Source of the DNA: Deltaproteobacteria bacterium TL4
Lineage (GTDB): Bacteria > SAR324 > NAC60-12
Reading direction: 5' to 3'
DNA: 64,000 nt
NCBI GenBank assembly: GCA_051382335.1
Contig: JBBCAX010000084.1
Location: 34,899 to 98,898, forward strand
The notes under the pieces were generated by a model. The model ran no database searches, was not told where the DNA came from, and saw nothing but the letters and a program-made list of their open reading frames with translations. Position numbers and translations under genes: made by a program. Shown piece by piece: positions 18,647 to 29,803 of this stretch (positions within the stretch are counted from its first letter, which is position 1; each line of letters opens with the position of its first letter).

Positions 18647-19972
18647 ATGAAGAAAATATTGATCCTCATTCTGATTGGCATTGTGGGTGGCGGTGCTGCT
18701 TTCTGGCACTATAAGAAAACGCCCCGTTCCGACGAAAAAAAGAAGCAGCTTACCATCAAAGTTGAGCGGGCTCCCATCAAGTTGACTGTCTCTTCCACCG
18801 GACGAGTCGTCGCCTATCTTGAGGTAGAAATTAAAAGCAAGGCCAATGGCGAAATTATCCAATTGCCCTATGACATCAGTGACTCCGTTAAAAAAGGAGA
18901 TTTACTGGTTGAGTTGGATCCCTCTGATGAAGAACGTAACGTCAAACAGGCCCAAATTGCGCTTTCCATTTCTCAGGCCAAAATGGAGCAAGTCCGGCTA
19001 GGCCTTCTCATTGCTGAAAAAGACGCCGTCCACGAGAGGCAACGGCGACAGATTGCGCTGGAATTGGCTCAGGCAAAAACTCAGGATATCCAGACAAAGG
19101 CTGATCGGATTAAACTGCTGATGGACAAAAAATTGACCAGCCAGGAAGAGTATGATACCGCCCTGACCTCGGCAATACAAGTCCAGGCGGATCTCCAGAC
19201 AGCAAAGATCCAAATGGATGAACTGGCAACTCAAGAACTGGCCTTGGACGTAAAACGACAAGATGTGATTCTGGCTCAGGCCAGCCTGGAATCTGATAAA
19301 ATCACGCTTTCCACAGTCCAGCAACGCTTAGCCGACACCCGAGTGGTCTCTCCTATTAACGGAGTGATTACCTCCCGCAGTGTGCAGGTAGGACAGATCA
19401 TTTCCTCAGGAATAAATAGTGTGAGTGGAGGCACCTCAATCTTAAAAATATCGGATCTCACCCGCTTGTTCATTTTAGCTGCCGTAGATGAAAGTGATAT
19501 TGGAAAGTTAAAAATCGGATGCCCTGTTCAAATCACAACGGATGCTTTCCCTAATATCTCTTTTCGAGGTAAAGTGGTTCGCATTGCCACTCAAGGTGTC
19601 AATGTTTCGAATGTCGTTACGTTTGAAGTTCAAATCGAAGTCAGTGGAAAAAATAAATCCCTGTTGAAATCGGAAATGACAGCAAACCTGGAAATCATTG
19701 CTGAGGAGAAAGAAGAGGCTCTGCTTGTACCGGCTGAAGCGGTATTCAGAGTTCATAAGCAGCCTATGGTTAAAGTTGTGAAAGAGGACAAAACGATTGA
19801 GGAACGTCCTGTGGAAACAGGAATTAATGATGGAGTGCAGGTAGAAATCATTAAAGGTTTAAATGAAGGTGAAATCATTCATACCACCAAAGGCGCGGCA
19901 GAAAGTCGTTGGCGTAAAGATGATCAAAACGGGCAGGAAAGGCCCGGTCGAAGGATGTTTTTAGGACATTAG
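18647..19972 (+). CDS. MacA-like periplasmic adaptor (membrane fusion protein)
   Basis: N-terminal anchor MKKILILILIG; VEIKSKANGEI, VVSPINGVI and VDESDIG. Confidence 0.9.
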   Translation: MKKILILILIGIVGGGAAFWHYKKTPRSDEKKKQLTIKVERAPIKLTVSSTGRVVAYLEVEIKSKANGEIIQLPYDISDSVKKGDLLVELDPSDEERNVKQAQIALSISQAKMEQVRLGLLIAEKDAVHERQRRQIALELAQAKTQDIQTKADRIKLLMDKKLTSQEEYDTALTSAIQVQADLQTAKIQMDELATQELALDVKRQDVILAQASLESDKITLSTVQQRLADTRVVSPINGVITSRSVQVGQIISSGINSVSGGTSILKISDLTRLFILAAVDESDIGKLKIGCPVQITTDAFPNISFRGKVVRIATQGVNVSNVVTFEVQIEVSGKNKSLLKSEMTANLEIIAEEKEEALLVPAEAVFRVHKQPMVKVVKEDKTIEERPVETGINDGVQVEIIKGLNEGEIIHTTKGAAESRWRKDDQNGQERPGRRMFLGH

Positions 19973-19974
19973 TT

Positions 19975-20652
19975 ATGATTGATATCGATTCTCTGATAAA
20001 AACTTATACCTTGGGAAATGCCACAATCCGAGCACTGGATGGTCTGAGTTTACAAATTCAGAAGGGAGAAATGGTGGCCATCACCGGATCCTCGGGAAGC
20101 GGTAAATCGACCTTGATGAGCATTCTTGGCTGTCTGGATCGACCCACTTCCGGAAAATATATTCTCGCTGGAGAAGATGTTTCCCTGCTCGCCAAAGATC
20201 GGTTGGCCGAAATTCGAAACCGCTATATTGGATTTATCTTCCAGAGTTTTAATCTGCTCTCCCGGATGTCTGCCCTGGAAAATGTAGAGCTTCCTTTACT
20301 TTACGCCGGAAATCATAATGCCAAGGATCGCGCTAAACAAGCCCTCTACCGTGTAGGTTTGGAAGATCGGATGAATCATGAACCGAATCAGCTTTCCGGA
20401 GGACAGCGTCAGCGAGTAGCCATCGCTCGTGCCATCGTAACGGATCCCGCCATTATTCTAGCAGATGAACCCACTGGAAACCTCGATAGTAAAACCGGGG
20501 AAGAAATTATGGATCTGTTTGAAAAACTCAATGCGGAAGGACGGACCTTGGTTATTGTCACTCATGAAGCCAACATTGCCCAACATTGTAAACGGCAAGT
20601 GCACCTGAAAGATGGCCGAATTCTTAACCCTGAAATCAAGGCTGAGGGATAA
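19975..20652 (+). CDS. ABC transporter ATP-binding protein (MacB/LolD-like)
   Basis: [23 protein letters not shown] and ADEPTGNLD. Confidence 0.95.
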   Translation: MIDIDSLIKTYTLGNATIRALDGLSLQIQKGEMVAITGSSGSGKSTLMSILGCLDRPTSGKYILAGEDVSLLAKDRLAEIRNRYIGFIFQSFNLLSRMSALENVELPLLYAGNHNAKDRAKQALYRVGLEDRMNHEPNQLSGGQRQRVAIARAIVTDPAIILADEPTGNLDSKTGEEIMDLFEKLNAEGRTLVIVTHEANIAQHCKRQVHLKDGRILNPEIKAEG

Positions 20653-21860
20653 TGCTCTTTTGGATCTTGTTTAAGCTTGCCATAAAAAGTTTGTTTGCCA
20701 ATAAACTGCGATCCTTCCTGGCCATGCTGGGAATTGTGATTGGGGTGGGTGCTGTTATTTCCATGCTGGCCATCGCTAAAGGCGCGCAACAACAAGTAAT
20801 GGAACGAATTTCTTCTATGGGAACCAACCTGTTGATAGTACGTCCTGGACAAAGGGGATCTCATGGCGTCGCTTCGGAAACGGAAGAAGTTCTCACGGTG
20901 GAAGATGCTCAAGCCATTCTGAATACAGTCTCAGGTGTCTATCAAATGGCTCCATTGATCATGTCCCGAGCGCAGGTTAAATATTTAAATAAAAATAGCC
21001 GAACCAATGTTATCGGGACGTCAACCACTTATTTTTCGATTCGTAATTTTGAAGTCGAGCAAGGACGAAACTTCACTGAAGGTGAGGTCAATCGACAGGC
21101 ATGGGTTGCGGTGATTGGCCCTACCGTTGCTGAAAATCTTTTTGGCAGTGACAAGCCTGTGGGCGAAACATTTAAAATCAAGGGACTCAATTTTCGGATT
21201 GTGGGACTTTTAAAAACTAAAGGAGATCAGGGGTGGTTTAATCCTGATGATCAGGTTATTGTTCCTTACACCACCGCTATGAAAATCATCTTTGGTTTGG
21301 ATCAATTAAGAGAAATTGATATTCAGGCAACTCCAGGCGCGGATTTAACCAAAATACAGGAAGATACCACAAAACTTTTACGCAAACTTCATCGTCTTCA
21401 GCCGGAAACTCCAGATAATTTCAATGTTCGCAATCAAGCGGAAATTGTCGATGTCGCCTCCAGTATCAGTCAAACCTTTACCATTCTGCTGGGTGGCATT
21501 GCCAGTATTTCGCTGCTTGTGGGCGGAATTGGCATTATGAACATCATGCTTGTAACCGTTACAGAACGAACCAGAGAAATCGGTATTCGTAAAGCCATTG
21601 GCGCAAAGGATCGTGATATCCTGCGACAGTTTTTAATTGAAGCGGTAATAATGACAGCGATGGGAGGCTTAATCGGGATAGCGATGGGAATGGGAATCGC
21701 TTATTTGATCGATGAATTCAGTCCCTTTCAAACAATTGTCGAACCCCTGAGTATTTTGATGGCTCTTTCCTTTTCAGCAGGCATAGGCATCTTCTTTGGC
21801 TACTACCCTGCCCGTCGTGCCGCTCAATTGGATCCCATTGTCGCTCTGCGGTATGAATAA
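20652..21860 (+). CDS. MacB-like ABC permease (MacB_PCD + FtsX)
   Basis: LRSFLAMLGIVIGV, GGIGIMNIMLVTVTERTREIGIRKAIGA and LDPIVALRYE. Confidence 0.95.
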   Translation: MLFWILFKLAIKSLFANKLRSFLAMLGIVIGVGAVISMLAIAKGAQQQVMERISSMGTNLLIVRPGQRGSHGVASETEEVLTVEDAQAILNTVSGVYQMAPLIMSRAQVKYLNKNSRTNVIGTSTTYFSIRNFEVEQGRNFTEGEVNRQAWVAVIGPTVAENLFGSDKPVGETFKIKGLNFRIVGLLKTKGDQGWFNPDDQVIVPYTTAMKIIFGLDQLREIDIQATPGADLTKIQEDTTKLLRKLHRLQPETPDNFNVRNQAEIVDVASSISQTFTILLGGIASISLLVGGIGIMNIMLVTVTERTREIGIRKAIGAKDRDILRQFLIEAVIMTAMGGLIGIAMGMGIAYLIDEFSPFQTIVEPLSILMALSFSAGIGIFFGYYPARRAAQLDPIVALRYE

Positions 21861-21922
21861 TCCCCAGTCAGGATAAACCATTTCCAGGCTTTGCGTCGAA
21901 ACGCTGAATAGTAAGCGAGCAC

Positions 21923-21956
21923 AAAGAGTGGTGGAATTGAATTCAACCACTCTTTT
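21923..21956. terminator. Bidirectional intrinsic terminator-like hairpin between convergent operons
   Basis: AAAGAGTGGT...ACCACTCTTTT. Confidence 0.6.
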
Positions 21957-21968
21957 CGATGGGGATGA

Positions 21969-22862
21969 TTAGCCTAAAACCTTAATCATCGTGTCCCCTA
22001 ATTCAACAGGGGTTTTACAGACGTAGATTCCCGCTGCTTGCAAGGCGTTCATCTTATCTGCCGCGGTACCTTTGCCTCCTGCGATAATGGCGCCGGCATG
22101 TCCCATTCGACGTCCTGCAGGTGCGGTTTGTCCTGCAATAAAACTGACAATGGGCTTGGTCACATACGCCTTGGCATAGGCTGCCGCTTTTTCTTCAGCG
22201 TCCCCGCCAATTTCACCAATCATGACAATTCCGTCCGTGTCAGGATCGTTTTGGAATAATTCGAGACAATCAATAAAGTTAGTTCCATTGATGGGGTCTC
22301 CGCCAATTCCAATACAGGTACTTTGTCCTAAGCCCACACGAGTCAATTGACTGACGGCTTCATAAGTCAACGTTCCTGAGCGGGAAACCACACCGATATT
22401 GCCGGGCTTGAGCCCAATACGGTTGGGCTTGTGAATAGATCCTGGCATGATTCCGATTTTACACTGTCCCGGCGTAATGATTCCAGGACAATTGGGGCCG
22501 ATCAACCGCAAGCCCTTGGCTTTGACATATCGGACCGCAGAGATCATATCGATGACAGGAACGCCTTCGGTGATGGCTACAATTAAGGGAATTCCGGCAT
22601 CTGCGGCTTCCATTACGGCATCTCCCGCAAAAGCGGGAGGCACAAAAATCATGGTAGCATTCGCGCCTGTCGCTGCTACAGCTTCTTTCACAGTGTTAAA
22701 AATGGGAATCGTATCATCAAATTTCTGTCCGCCTTTGCCTGGAGTCACTCCAGCAACAACATTGGTTCCATAATTCCGACAACCTCGAGTGTGGAGCGCT
22801 CCCTGAGAACCTGTAATCCCCTGGACTATAAGTTTTGTGTTATTATCAACTAATACGGCCAT
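21969..22862 (-). CDS. sucD: Succinyl-CoA synthetase alpha subunit
   Basis: [29 protein letters not shown] and RRMGHAGAI. Confidence 0.97.
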   Translation of the reverse strand: MAVLVDNNTKLIVQGITGSQGALHTRGCRNYGTNVVAGVTPGKGGQKFDDTIPIFNTVKEAVAATGANATMIFVPPAFAGDAVMEAADAGIPLIVAITEGVPVIDMISAVRYVKAKGLRLIGPNCPGIITPGQCKIGIMPGSIHKPNRIGLKPGNIGVVSRSGTLTYEAVSQLTRVGLGQSTCIGIGGDPINGTNFIDCLELFQNDPDTDGIVMIGEIGGDAEEKAAAYAKAYVTKPIVSFIAGQTAPAGRRMGHAGAIIAGGKGTAADKMNALQAAGIYVCKTPVELGDTMIKVLG

Positions 22863-22912
22863 AATATCCTTTTTGATTTAAAACGTTAGCAATTCGCTAT
22901 TTGTATAAAATT

Positions 22913-24091
22913 TTACTGTTTAGCAGCGGCAACGGCTCGTTGAGCCGCGTCTTTTAAACCATCTGCCATTTGCAGTTTATCTCCAAATCCGGAATTTGCG
23001 ACCAATTTTTGTGCTTCATCCGCATTGGTTCCTTCCAGTCGAATCACCACGGGAATCGTAAGTCCAATACTCTTGATTGCGGCAATAACACCTGATGCCA
23101 CCATATCACAACGTACAATTCCTCCAAAAATATTAATGAGAATACATCGGATATTGGGATCTTTCATAATAATTTTGAATGCTATTTCTACGGTTTCCTT
23201 GGTTGAGGTTCCGCCTACATCCAGGAAGTTCGCGGGCTGGCCGCCATAGGATTTGATGATATCCATTGTTCCCATTGCCAATCCTGCCCCATTGACCATA
23301 CATCCAATATTCCCCTCCAATTTGATGAAATTGAGTCCAAATTTTGCGGCTTCAAGTTCAGCCAAATCTTCCTCATCTTCATCTTGTAATTTCAAGGTGG
23401 CGTTGTGTCTAAAAAGCGCATTATCGTCAAAAGTCATTTTGGTATCCAACGCAATCACGCGGCCATCACCTGTCAATACCAAGGGGTTGATTTCAATGAG
23501 AGAACAATCTTCCGCTATAAAAGCGTTATAAAGTCCCATCAACAAGCGAGCCGTGGGGGTTACCAGTTTAGGGTTCACTTTGTCAACTTCCAAACCATAG
23601 GCCAGTTGTATCGCCTGAAAAGAGCGAAACCCGATCGTAGGGTCAACAACACATTGTAGGATTTTTTCCGGAGTTTTTGCCGCAACTTCTTCAATGTTCA
23701 TGCCGCCTTCTGTTGAAGCCAAAATCACAACGGATTGAGAACCTCGATCAACCAGAACAGAAACATAGAGTTCCTTAACAATATCCATCCCTTCTTCAAT
23801 CAAAACCTGCTTGACCTTTTGCCCTTCAGGCCCAGTTTGATGAGTCACCAACTGCATTCCCAAGATGGCTTCCGCATTTTTTTTGACAGCGTCTAACCCC
23901 TTGGAGACTTTGACGCCGCCTCCTTTTCCGCGTCCTCCAGCGTGGATCTGGGCTTTGACGACACAAACTTCTTTTCCTAATTCCTCTGCCACTTGAATTG
24001 CGTCACCCACCGTTCTCGCAACACGGCCTTTGGGGACAGGAACCCCATATCTAGCCAAGATTTCTTTTCCTTGATATTCATGAATCTTCAT
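22913..24091 (-). CDS. sucC: Succinyl-CoA synthetase beta subunit
   Basis: [30 protein letters not shown] and ANFLDVGG. Confidence 0.97.
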   Translation of the reverse strand: MKIHEYQGKEILARYGVPVPKGRVARTVGDAIQVAEELGKEVCVVKAQIHAGGRGKGGGVKVSKGLDAVKKNAEAILGMQLVTHQTGPEGQKVKQVLIEEGMDIVKELYVSVLVDRGSQSVVILASTEGGMNIEEVAAKTPEKILQCVVDPTIGFRSFQAIQLAYGLEVDKVNPKLVTPTARLLMGLYNAFIAEDCSLIEINPLVLTGDGRVIALDTKMTFDDNALFRHNATLKLQDEDEEDLAELEAAKFGLNFIKLEGNIGCMVNGAGLAMGTMDIIKSYGGQPANFLDVGGTSTKETVEIAFKIIMKDPNIRCILINIFGGIVRCDMVASGVIAAIKSIGLTIPVVIRLEGTNADEAQKLVANSGFGDKLQMADGLKDAAQRAVAAAKQ

Positions 24092-24138
24092 AAAAATCTC
24101 CTTTAATGATTTACCCTTAAAAAGCCTCACACTGGAGT

Positions 24139-25119
24139 CTAAGACAACTTATCCTTGACGGCTTCTCGCTCCCATACAAGTTCTTCTTTGGTCGCTTGAA
24201 TTTTTTGTTGTGCGAATTCATTGTGTTTCACGTCTTGTACGATTTGGTATTGCTTGCCATCGCTGCGAAGTGGATAACCGAAAATCAGTCCCTCTGGAAT
24301 ACCATAACTTCCGTCACTAGGAACTGCCGCGCTGAACGAGTCTCCTTTGGGTGTAGGCGTAGTCAAATGTGTGATGGTATCCAAGCAGGCATTTGCGGCA
24401 GAAGCTGCGGAGGAGGCACCTCGGGCTTCGATGATCGCGGCACCTCTGTTTTGGACTGTTTTAATAAAATCGCCCTGAAGCCACGCTGTATCGGTAATGA
24501 CTTTAGCTGCGGACTTCCCGTTGATTTGGGCATTATAAAAATCAGGGTATTGAGTGGAGCTATGATTTCCCCAAATGGTCATATTGGTAACGCTTTTACT
24601 ATGAACACCTGCTTTGGCGGCTAACTGACTTTTAGCACGATTCTCGTCCAAAGCGGTCATCGCAAACCATCGGTTCCTAGGGATACGAGGCGCATGACTC
24701 ATCGCAATCAAACAGTTGGTATTGCATGGGTTTCCAACCACAATCACACGTGCATCATCTGCCGCATTCTCATTAATGGCTTTTCCCTGAACTGTAAAAA
24801 TACCCCCATTGATTGAGAGCAAGTCATTACGTTCCATTCCCTTTTTACGAGGAACACTTCCTACCAAGAGACACCAGTTCGCGTCTTTGACGCCTACATT
24901 GATGTCAGAAGTAAGCGTTATGCTTTTGAGTTGAGGAAACGCGCAATCATTCAATTCCATGGCCACTCCGTTTAACGCGCCCATGGCTTGTTCCAATTCA
25001 ATCAACTGCAACTCAACTTGGGTGTCCGGACCAAAAACAGCGCCAGAACCCAAGCGAAAAATCATTGCGTATCCTATTTGTCCTGCAGCACCGGTGACTG
25101 CCACTTTTACAGTTTTCAT
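24139..25119 (-). CDS. mdh: Malate dehydrogenase
   Basis: [28 protein letters not shown] and [11 protein letters not shown]. Confidence 0.96.
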   Translation of the reverse strand: MKTVKVAVTGAAGQIGYAMIFRLGSGAVFGPDTQVELQLIELEQAMGALNGVAMELNDCAFPQLKSITLTSDINVGVKDANWCLLVGSVPRKKGMERNDLLSINGGIFTVQGKAINENAADDARVIVVGNPCNTNCLIAMSHAPRIPRNRWFAMTALDENRAKSQLAAKAGVHSKSVTNMTIWGNHSSTQYPDFYNAQINGKSAAKVITDTAWLQGDFIKTVQNRGAAIIEARGASSAASAANACLDTITHLTTPTPKGDSFSAAVPSDGSYGIPEGLIFGYPLRSDGKQYQIVQDVKHNEFAQQKIQATKEELVWEREAVKDKLS

Positions 25120-25745
25120 AAGACTCCTTTAAATTAAACTAAGGTGATACTGAACTGCTCTTATAACTTGAGTTTCTATTTGACGACCCTTCTTAAAACC
25201 GGAACGGTATATTAAGGTAGCCCGGGTAACCCACTCAAGTTGAACCGGGTGTGATTCAAAACTACTTACATTTGCTTGACAGGAGCGCAACCGAAGCTGG
25301 ATTTATTTTCGTTGCTTGCCTATTCCTTCTAAAAAACGCCTGGATCATAAGTATTCTGTCACAAAAGAGCAATAATAATGGAAATAACAAATTTGCCATT
25401 AAAAAACAAGCAACGCTACTCCAATGAAGTCTTATGAACAAGTCATTTTGAACAGTTTTTTGCAAAGATTCTTAAAAAAACAAGGTTTCTACTTCGATCT
25501 GGTACTATTTTGAGGTTATCCCTTAATACGCTTATTTTATTAAGCATTATGACCTTAAGGGCCTTATTTGAGGAGCTTTAATTGATTTCTGAAGTCTTGG
25601 AAATAAGAAGTGTCTTGCAGGACATTAAGTTAAGAGGTATAACTCCACCGTTCATTAGACGTCGCTATTAATCCGTCGTACCAACTTGAAAGTGGTGCGG
25701 GTGTGGTATCTATATTAATACATTGAACACCTAAAAATTTAATTT

Positions 25746-25937
25746 TATAGACGTTCATTTAAATAAATTCATTTGAGTCTAACCCGACTGTGGAGTGCCA
25801 AAGCTTGCTTTGGCCAAATCCAAAGAAAGGCCTTCGCCTTTCTGGCCAAAGCAAGCTTTGGCACTCCTGAAACAGTGTTGTTTAAACGGATCTCGCAATA
25901 GGATGGTTTTCTGAATTTATTTAAATGAACATCTATA
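25746..25937. mobile_element. MITE-like element B: 26-bp terminal inverted repeats around a 25-bp perfect inverted repeat
   Basis: TATAGACGTTCATTTAAATAAATTCA / TGAATTTATTTAAATGAACATCTATA (1 mismatch); inner GGAGTGCCAAAGCTTGCTTTGGCCA (25792-25816) / TGGCCAAAGCAAGCTTTGGCACTCC (25843-25867). Confidence 0.75.
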
Positions 25938-26287
25938 GTTCAACAAAATGTAACGGGTCAATCGAGGAAACACACGAAAAGCATTAAAATGAATAGCGAC
26001 AATAGACGTTAAAATTTAGGAGGTTGTTGAGATTTTGGATTTGGCGCAAAGATAAATTATTCGCTCATATACGTTTTGAAGTAAGGCCTCCGAATTGAAA
26101 TCAAAGCCAGAAAGAAGGCCTTCACCTCAAAACGAATGGGGCGCGGTTTTTAGGAACCGGATCAAGGTTCCCAATGTAGCTAGTCTGAAAAGGTACTAAG
26201 GGGTCAGAATATTCAATTAAAAATGAATAAAACAAGTTAGTATTTTTTGCTGAAGCTGCTTTTTTTAACCAATAGTGAGATTACTAT

Positions 26288-26506
26288 ATGAGTGCAGTTT
26301 CCATGGATCGTATCTTCAAGGATATCAATAGATATCAGCGAGAATGGCAAAGTTATAAGAAGAGCTTATTTGCCGTTGATTTAGGGTGGATCCAGCGCAA
26401 TTACGCGGAAGCTCCCAATGAAGAAACGAAACAGGTAATGGCAACGAGAGCGCATTATTATCATCGTTTGGTCGAAGGTTTTGAATTTCTCGCAGAAGTA
26501 AGTTAG
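26288..26506 (+). CDS. Small hypothetical protein (72 aa)
   Basis: Isolated ORF with protein-like composition after an AT-rich leader; no family recognised. Confidence 0.55.
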   Translation: MSAVSMDRIFKDINRYQREWQSYKKSLFAVDLGWIQRNYAEAPNEETKQVMATRAHYYHRLVEGFEFLAEVS

Positions 26507-26541
26507 CCGTTCAGGAACGGATCACGCCAGCAAGCAGGGGT

Positions 26542-27330
26542 CTACACCATCACCGCTTCGTTCAGAAGTTCAACCAACTCCGACAGTGCTCCTTTGGAAA
26601 AGTTTCCAATAATCAGTTCCGATGTTGCTTTTGCGTCGTCTATGGGAACTTTGAAATATTTATGACGTTTCATTTTTTCTTCACGCTCTTCTTCGTCAAA
26701 CTGTACCAGCCCTTTCAGTTCAGCTTCTTCCAAGGCTTTTTGAATGCTGCGTTTATTGAGCGTATGACGTAGCTCCTTTGCTTCCGCCTCCTTGCCTTCA
26801 GCTTCTAACTGATCAATGGCATCAATAACTTTCTCTGAACGTTCTGCCGTTTTACGTCTCATTTTTAATTTTGAGGCTGCGATTTCCTTGAGTTCCTCTT
26901 CGACTTCCAGGCTGAGATCTTCCCGGTTATGATTGGGCTCAGATTCTGGGGGCTGAGCGTCTCGAATTGCCTGTTGATTGATTCTGGCTTTTTCTTCTTC
27001 AATTCGCTTCAACTCCTTAAATTCTCTGGCTTTTTCTTCATTGGTTTTTTCCCGCTGACGATTAGACTCAATCACAAACTCTCTAATGTCCAGGTCATCG
27101 GAAATGGCACAAACCGATACGGGAACTTTCGTCATCCCAAGTTCCTTTGCGGCAATGTAGCGAGAGTGACCACTAATGATCAATCCCTCCCTGGTGACAA
27201 TAATGGGGTTAAGGATTCCTTTTTTGCGGATACTTTCCAGCAACTCCTGATTCAGCGTTCCATCATAAATGGCATAATTTAAAGGATGGGGGGATAATTC
27301 TTCAATACTTTTTTCCATGGAGCTTCTCAT
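26542..27330 (-). CDS. ParB N-terminal (ParB/Srx) domain protein
   Basis: LSPHPLNYAIY, LLESIRKKGILNPIIV, IISGHSRYIAAKELG and IESNRQR. Confidence 0.85.
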   Translation of the reverse strand: MRSSMEKSIEELSPHPLNYAIYDGTLNQELLESIRKKGILNPIIVTREGLIISGHSRYIAAKELGMTKVPVSVCAISDDLDIREFVIESNRQREKTNEEKAREFKELKRIEEEKARINQQAIRDAQPPESEPNHNREDLSLEVEEELKEIAASKLKMRRKTAERSEKVIDAIDQLEAEGKEAEAKELRHTLNKRSIQKALEEAELKGLVQFDEEEREEKMKRHKYFKVPIDDAKATSELIIGNFSKGALSELVELLNEAVMV

Positions 27331-27382
27331 AATGTAATGGGGTTAAGATTCACCGGAGTGAGTTGGCTTTGGGTTACAAACG

Positions 27383-29803
27383 TTATAACAAATGATAAGG
27401 ATCGATATCAACACTGATCCGGTCCTGGGCTCTCAGCATAAAGGGATCCGGTCCTGACAAGGCGTGATTGAGAACCTGGTGTAAATATTTTACATGGCTT
27501 GCTTTCAAGAGGATCATCCAGCGAAAACGGTTTTTGATCCGTTTGATGGGTGCTTCCACAGGCCCCAAACAAGTGATGGGGAGGTTGGATGCCGTTTTGA
27601 GATTGTCAAAAAATTGGTGTGCTAAGCCTTCCGCTCGAAGTTCCTGGTCACTACTAAAGATCAATGAAGCCAGGTTTAAGTAGGGGGGCCATTTTAATTG
27701 GTTTCGCATTTCCAATTCAGCGTCACGAAACCCGACAAAATCGTGCTTGTAAGCGCATTGCAAACTATGGTGCTCCGGGTTGTAGGTTTGAATCAGCACT
27801 TCGCCCGGTTTGCTTCCTCTTCCAGCTCTTCCTGTCACTTGAGTAATCAATTGGTAAGTTCGTTCCGCGGCTCGGAAATCAGGAATATTTAAGGAGATAT
27901 CCGCAAGGATGACACCCACAAACGTGATATTGGGGAAGTCATGTCCTTTGGTGACCAGTTGGGTACCAATGATAATGTCAACCTTATGCTCTTTTATTTT
28001 CTGTAACATCCTCGAAAGAGCGTGTTTTCCATGTAAGGTGTCTCGATCCATTCTCAGTAGACGCGCTTCAGGGAACATCTCTTTCAACTCTTTTTCAACC
28101 TGTTCTGTTCCAACCCCCAAGATTTTGAGCGGTTTTTTGGACCCACAGTGCACGCATGTTTGGGGCATCGGTGTTTGATAATCGCACTGGTGACATTTCA
28201 ACATACTCACACTTTGATGAAACACCAGACTCAGACTACAATTTTTACAGGTTATGATTTCTTCACAAACTTCACATTGGGCAAGACTGGCGTATCCGCG
28301 GCGGTTTAAAAAAACGATGCTCTGTTCTTTTTGAAGTAGACGCTTTCTTAAGGCCTCCACCAGAGGTTTGGTGAATAAAGCTTTTCCTTTTTGACGTGGA
28401 ACTTGTTTCAGATTGAGTAATTTCACTTCAGGCATTGTCGCCTGCATCACCCGTTTGGGAAGCAACAGTTGTGTGAATTTTCCTTTTTGAATGTTATGAC
28501 AGGCTTCCAGGGAGGGCGTCGCCGATCCTAACACGACTGTGGCTTTGGCGGTATATCCCCGATAGACCGCGATATCCCTTCCCTGGTAACGAGGCGTTTC
28601 TTCCTGTTTGTAGGAAGAGTCATGTTCTTCATCCACAACAATGAGTCCAATATTTTCTAAAGGAGCAAAGATCGCGCTACGTGCTCCTACTACGATGGGG
28701 GCGTCACCTTGATGGATTTTAGTCCACTCGTCAAAACGCTCACCATCGTCCATTCCGCTATGTAAAACCGCCACTTGATCGCCGAAACGTGAACGGAAAT
28801 GATTTACCAGTTGAGGCGTTAGCGCAATTTCTGGAACCAGAATCAGACTGGTTTTTCCCTGTTCCAGGGCTGCGCGGACGGCATGTAAATAAACTTCTGT
28901 TTTTCCACTTCCTGTCACTCCATTCAATAAAAACGTCTGATATTGTCCCTGTTGTAATGATTGATTAATCGCGTCATAGGCGCTTTCCTGTTCGGGGGAT
29001 AACTGCTGAAAGGGGATGATCTCTGGCAACGTTCCGTCAAGAAATCGTCGATAGATCCTTTTTTGAAATATTTCAGCATAGCCTTCGTCACACAATTGAC
29101 GTAAGGGAGTGGCAGGGGTTGGAACTTTATCCTTCAGTTCCGTAAATGAGATTTGCTGGTTTTCCCGCAAAACTTCTAAAATCAAATCCCGTTTTATTTT
29201 TTTACGAGAGGTCGTCACCTTATATTTTTCAGGAAGCTTGAGCAAACGAACCCATCGTTCCATTTTGGGTGTGATTTTACTGCCTAATAACTTGGAATGA
29301 GGAACTATTATTTTTTTGCGAATCCAGCCTCTAAGGGCACGTTCATCTTGAAGGGTTGGTTTGTGTTTCTTCCATTCCTGATCGGTCCACGTGTTTTGCT
29401 TTTCAAGCAATTGTTGTATGTTGGGGCTGAGTTCGTATTTTTCACTCCCTGCGGAAAGGCTTCCCGTTGTAGTATAAATGGATTGCAGTTTCACATTAAA
29501 CCCTCCTGGAATCGCACTATTCAAGACTTCCCCCCAAGAACAATAGTAGTACATGGAAACCCAATGTGTAAACTGGAGTATGGCTTCAGAAAACAACGGC
29601 AAATCGTCAAAAATACTTTCCACTTCCTTCAGTTTTTCAAAGGCGGATTCCGCTTTGATTTTGACCACAATCGCACTTTTTTTTTGGGCACCAAACGGAA
29701 CAAATACGCGTATCCCCTCCTGCGGTTCCTGAGATAGACGCTCTGGCCAGAGATAGTCAAAGGTTTGCCGTAGAGGCAGGTTCAGCGCAACTTCAACAAT
29801 CAT
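27383..29803 (-). CDS. priA: Primosomal protein N' (replication restart helicase)
   Basis: GVTGSGKTEVY, VDEEHDSSYKQ, four CxxC pairs and QVTGRAGR. Confidence 0.97.
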   Translation of the reverse strand: MIVEVALNLPLRQTFDYLWPERLSQEPQEGIRVFVPFGAQKKSAIVVKIKAESAFEKLKEVESIFDDLPLFSEAILQFTHWVSMYYYCSWGEVLNSAIPGGFNVKLQSIYTTTGSLSAGSEKYELSPNIQQLLEKQNTWTDQEWKKHKPTLQDERALRGWIRKKIIVPHSKLLGSKITPKMERWVRLLKLPEKYKVTTSRKKIKRDLILEVLRENQQISFTELKDKVPTPATPLRQLCDEGYAEIFQKRIYRRFLDGTLPEIIPFQQLSPEQESAYDAINQSLQQGQYQTFLLNGVTGSGKTEVYLHAVRAALEQGKTSLILVPEIALTPQLVNHFRSRFGDQVAVLHSGMDDGERFDEWTKIHQGDAPIVVGARSAIFAPLENIGLIVVDEEHDSSYKQEETPRYQGRDIAVYRGYTAKATVVLGSATPSLEACHNIQKGKFTQLLLPKRVMQATMPEVKLLNLKQVPRQKGKALFTKPLVEALRKRLLQKEQSIVFLNRRGYASLAQCEVCEEIITCKNCSLSLVFHQSVSMLKCHQCDYQTPMPQTCVHCGSKKPLKILGVGTEQVEKELKEMFPEARLLRMDRDTLHGKHALSRMLQKIKEHKVDIIIGTQLVTKGHDFPNITFVGVILADISLNIPDFRAAERTYQLITQVTGRAGRGSKPGEVLIQTYNPEHHSLQCAYKHDFVGFRDAELEMRNQLKWPPYLNLASLIFSSDQELRAEGLAHQFFDNLKTASNLPITCLGPVEAPIKRIKNRFRWMILLKASHVKYLHQVLNHALSGPDPFMLRAQDRISVDIDPYHLL

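Noticed and set aside
24224..24239. parS-like TGTTTCACGT within mdh
   Set aside because: The second half does not match the palindromic parS consensus.
25661..26000. Outer 9-bp inverted repeat GTCGCTATT/AATAGCGAC around element B
   Set aside because: Too short, and asymmetrically spaced, to call a third nested layer without other copies.
26140..26215. tRNA- or riboswitch-like sequence
   Set aside because: I recognised no cloverleaf, TTCGA loop or riboswitch consensus.
25120..26287. AT-rich gap as a possible replication origin
   Set aside because: I found no TTATCCACA DnaA-box cluster, and there is no dnaA or gidA context.
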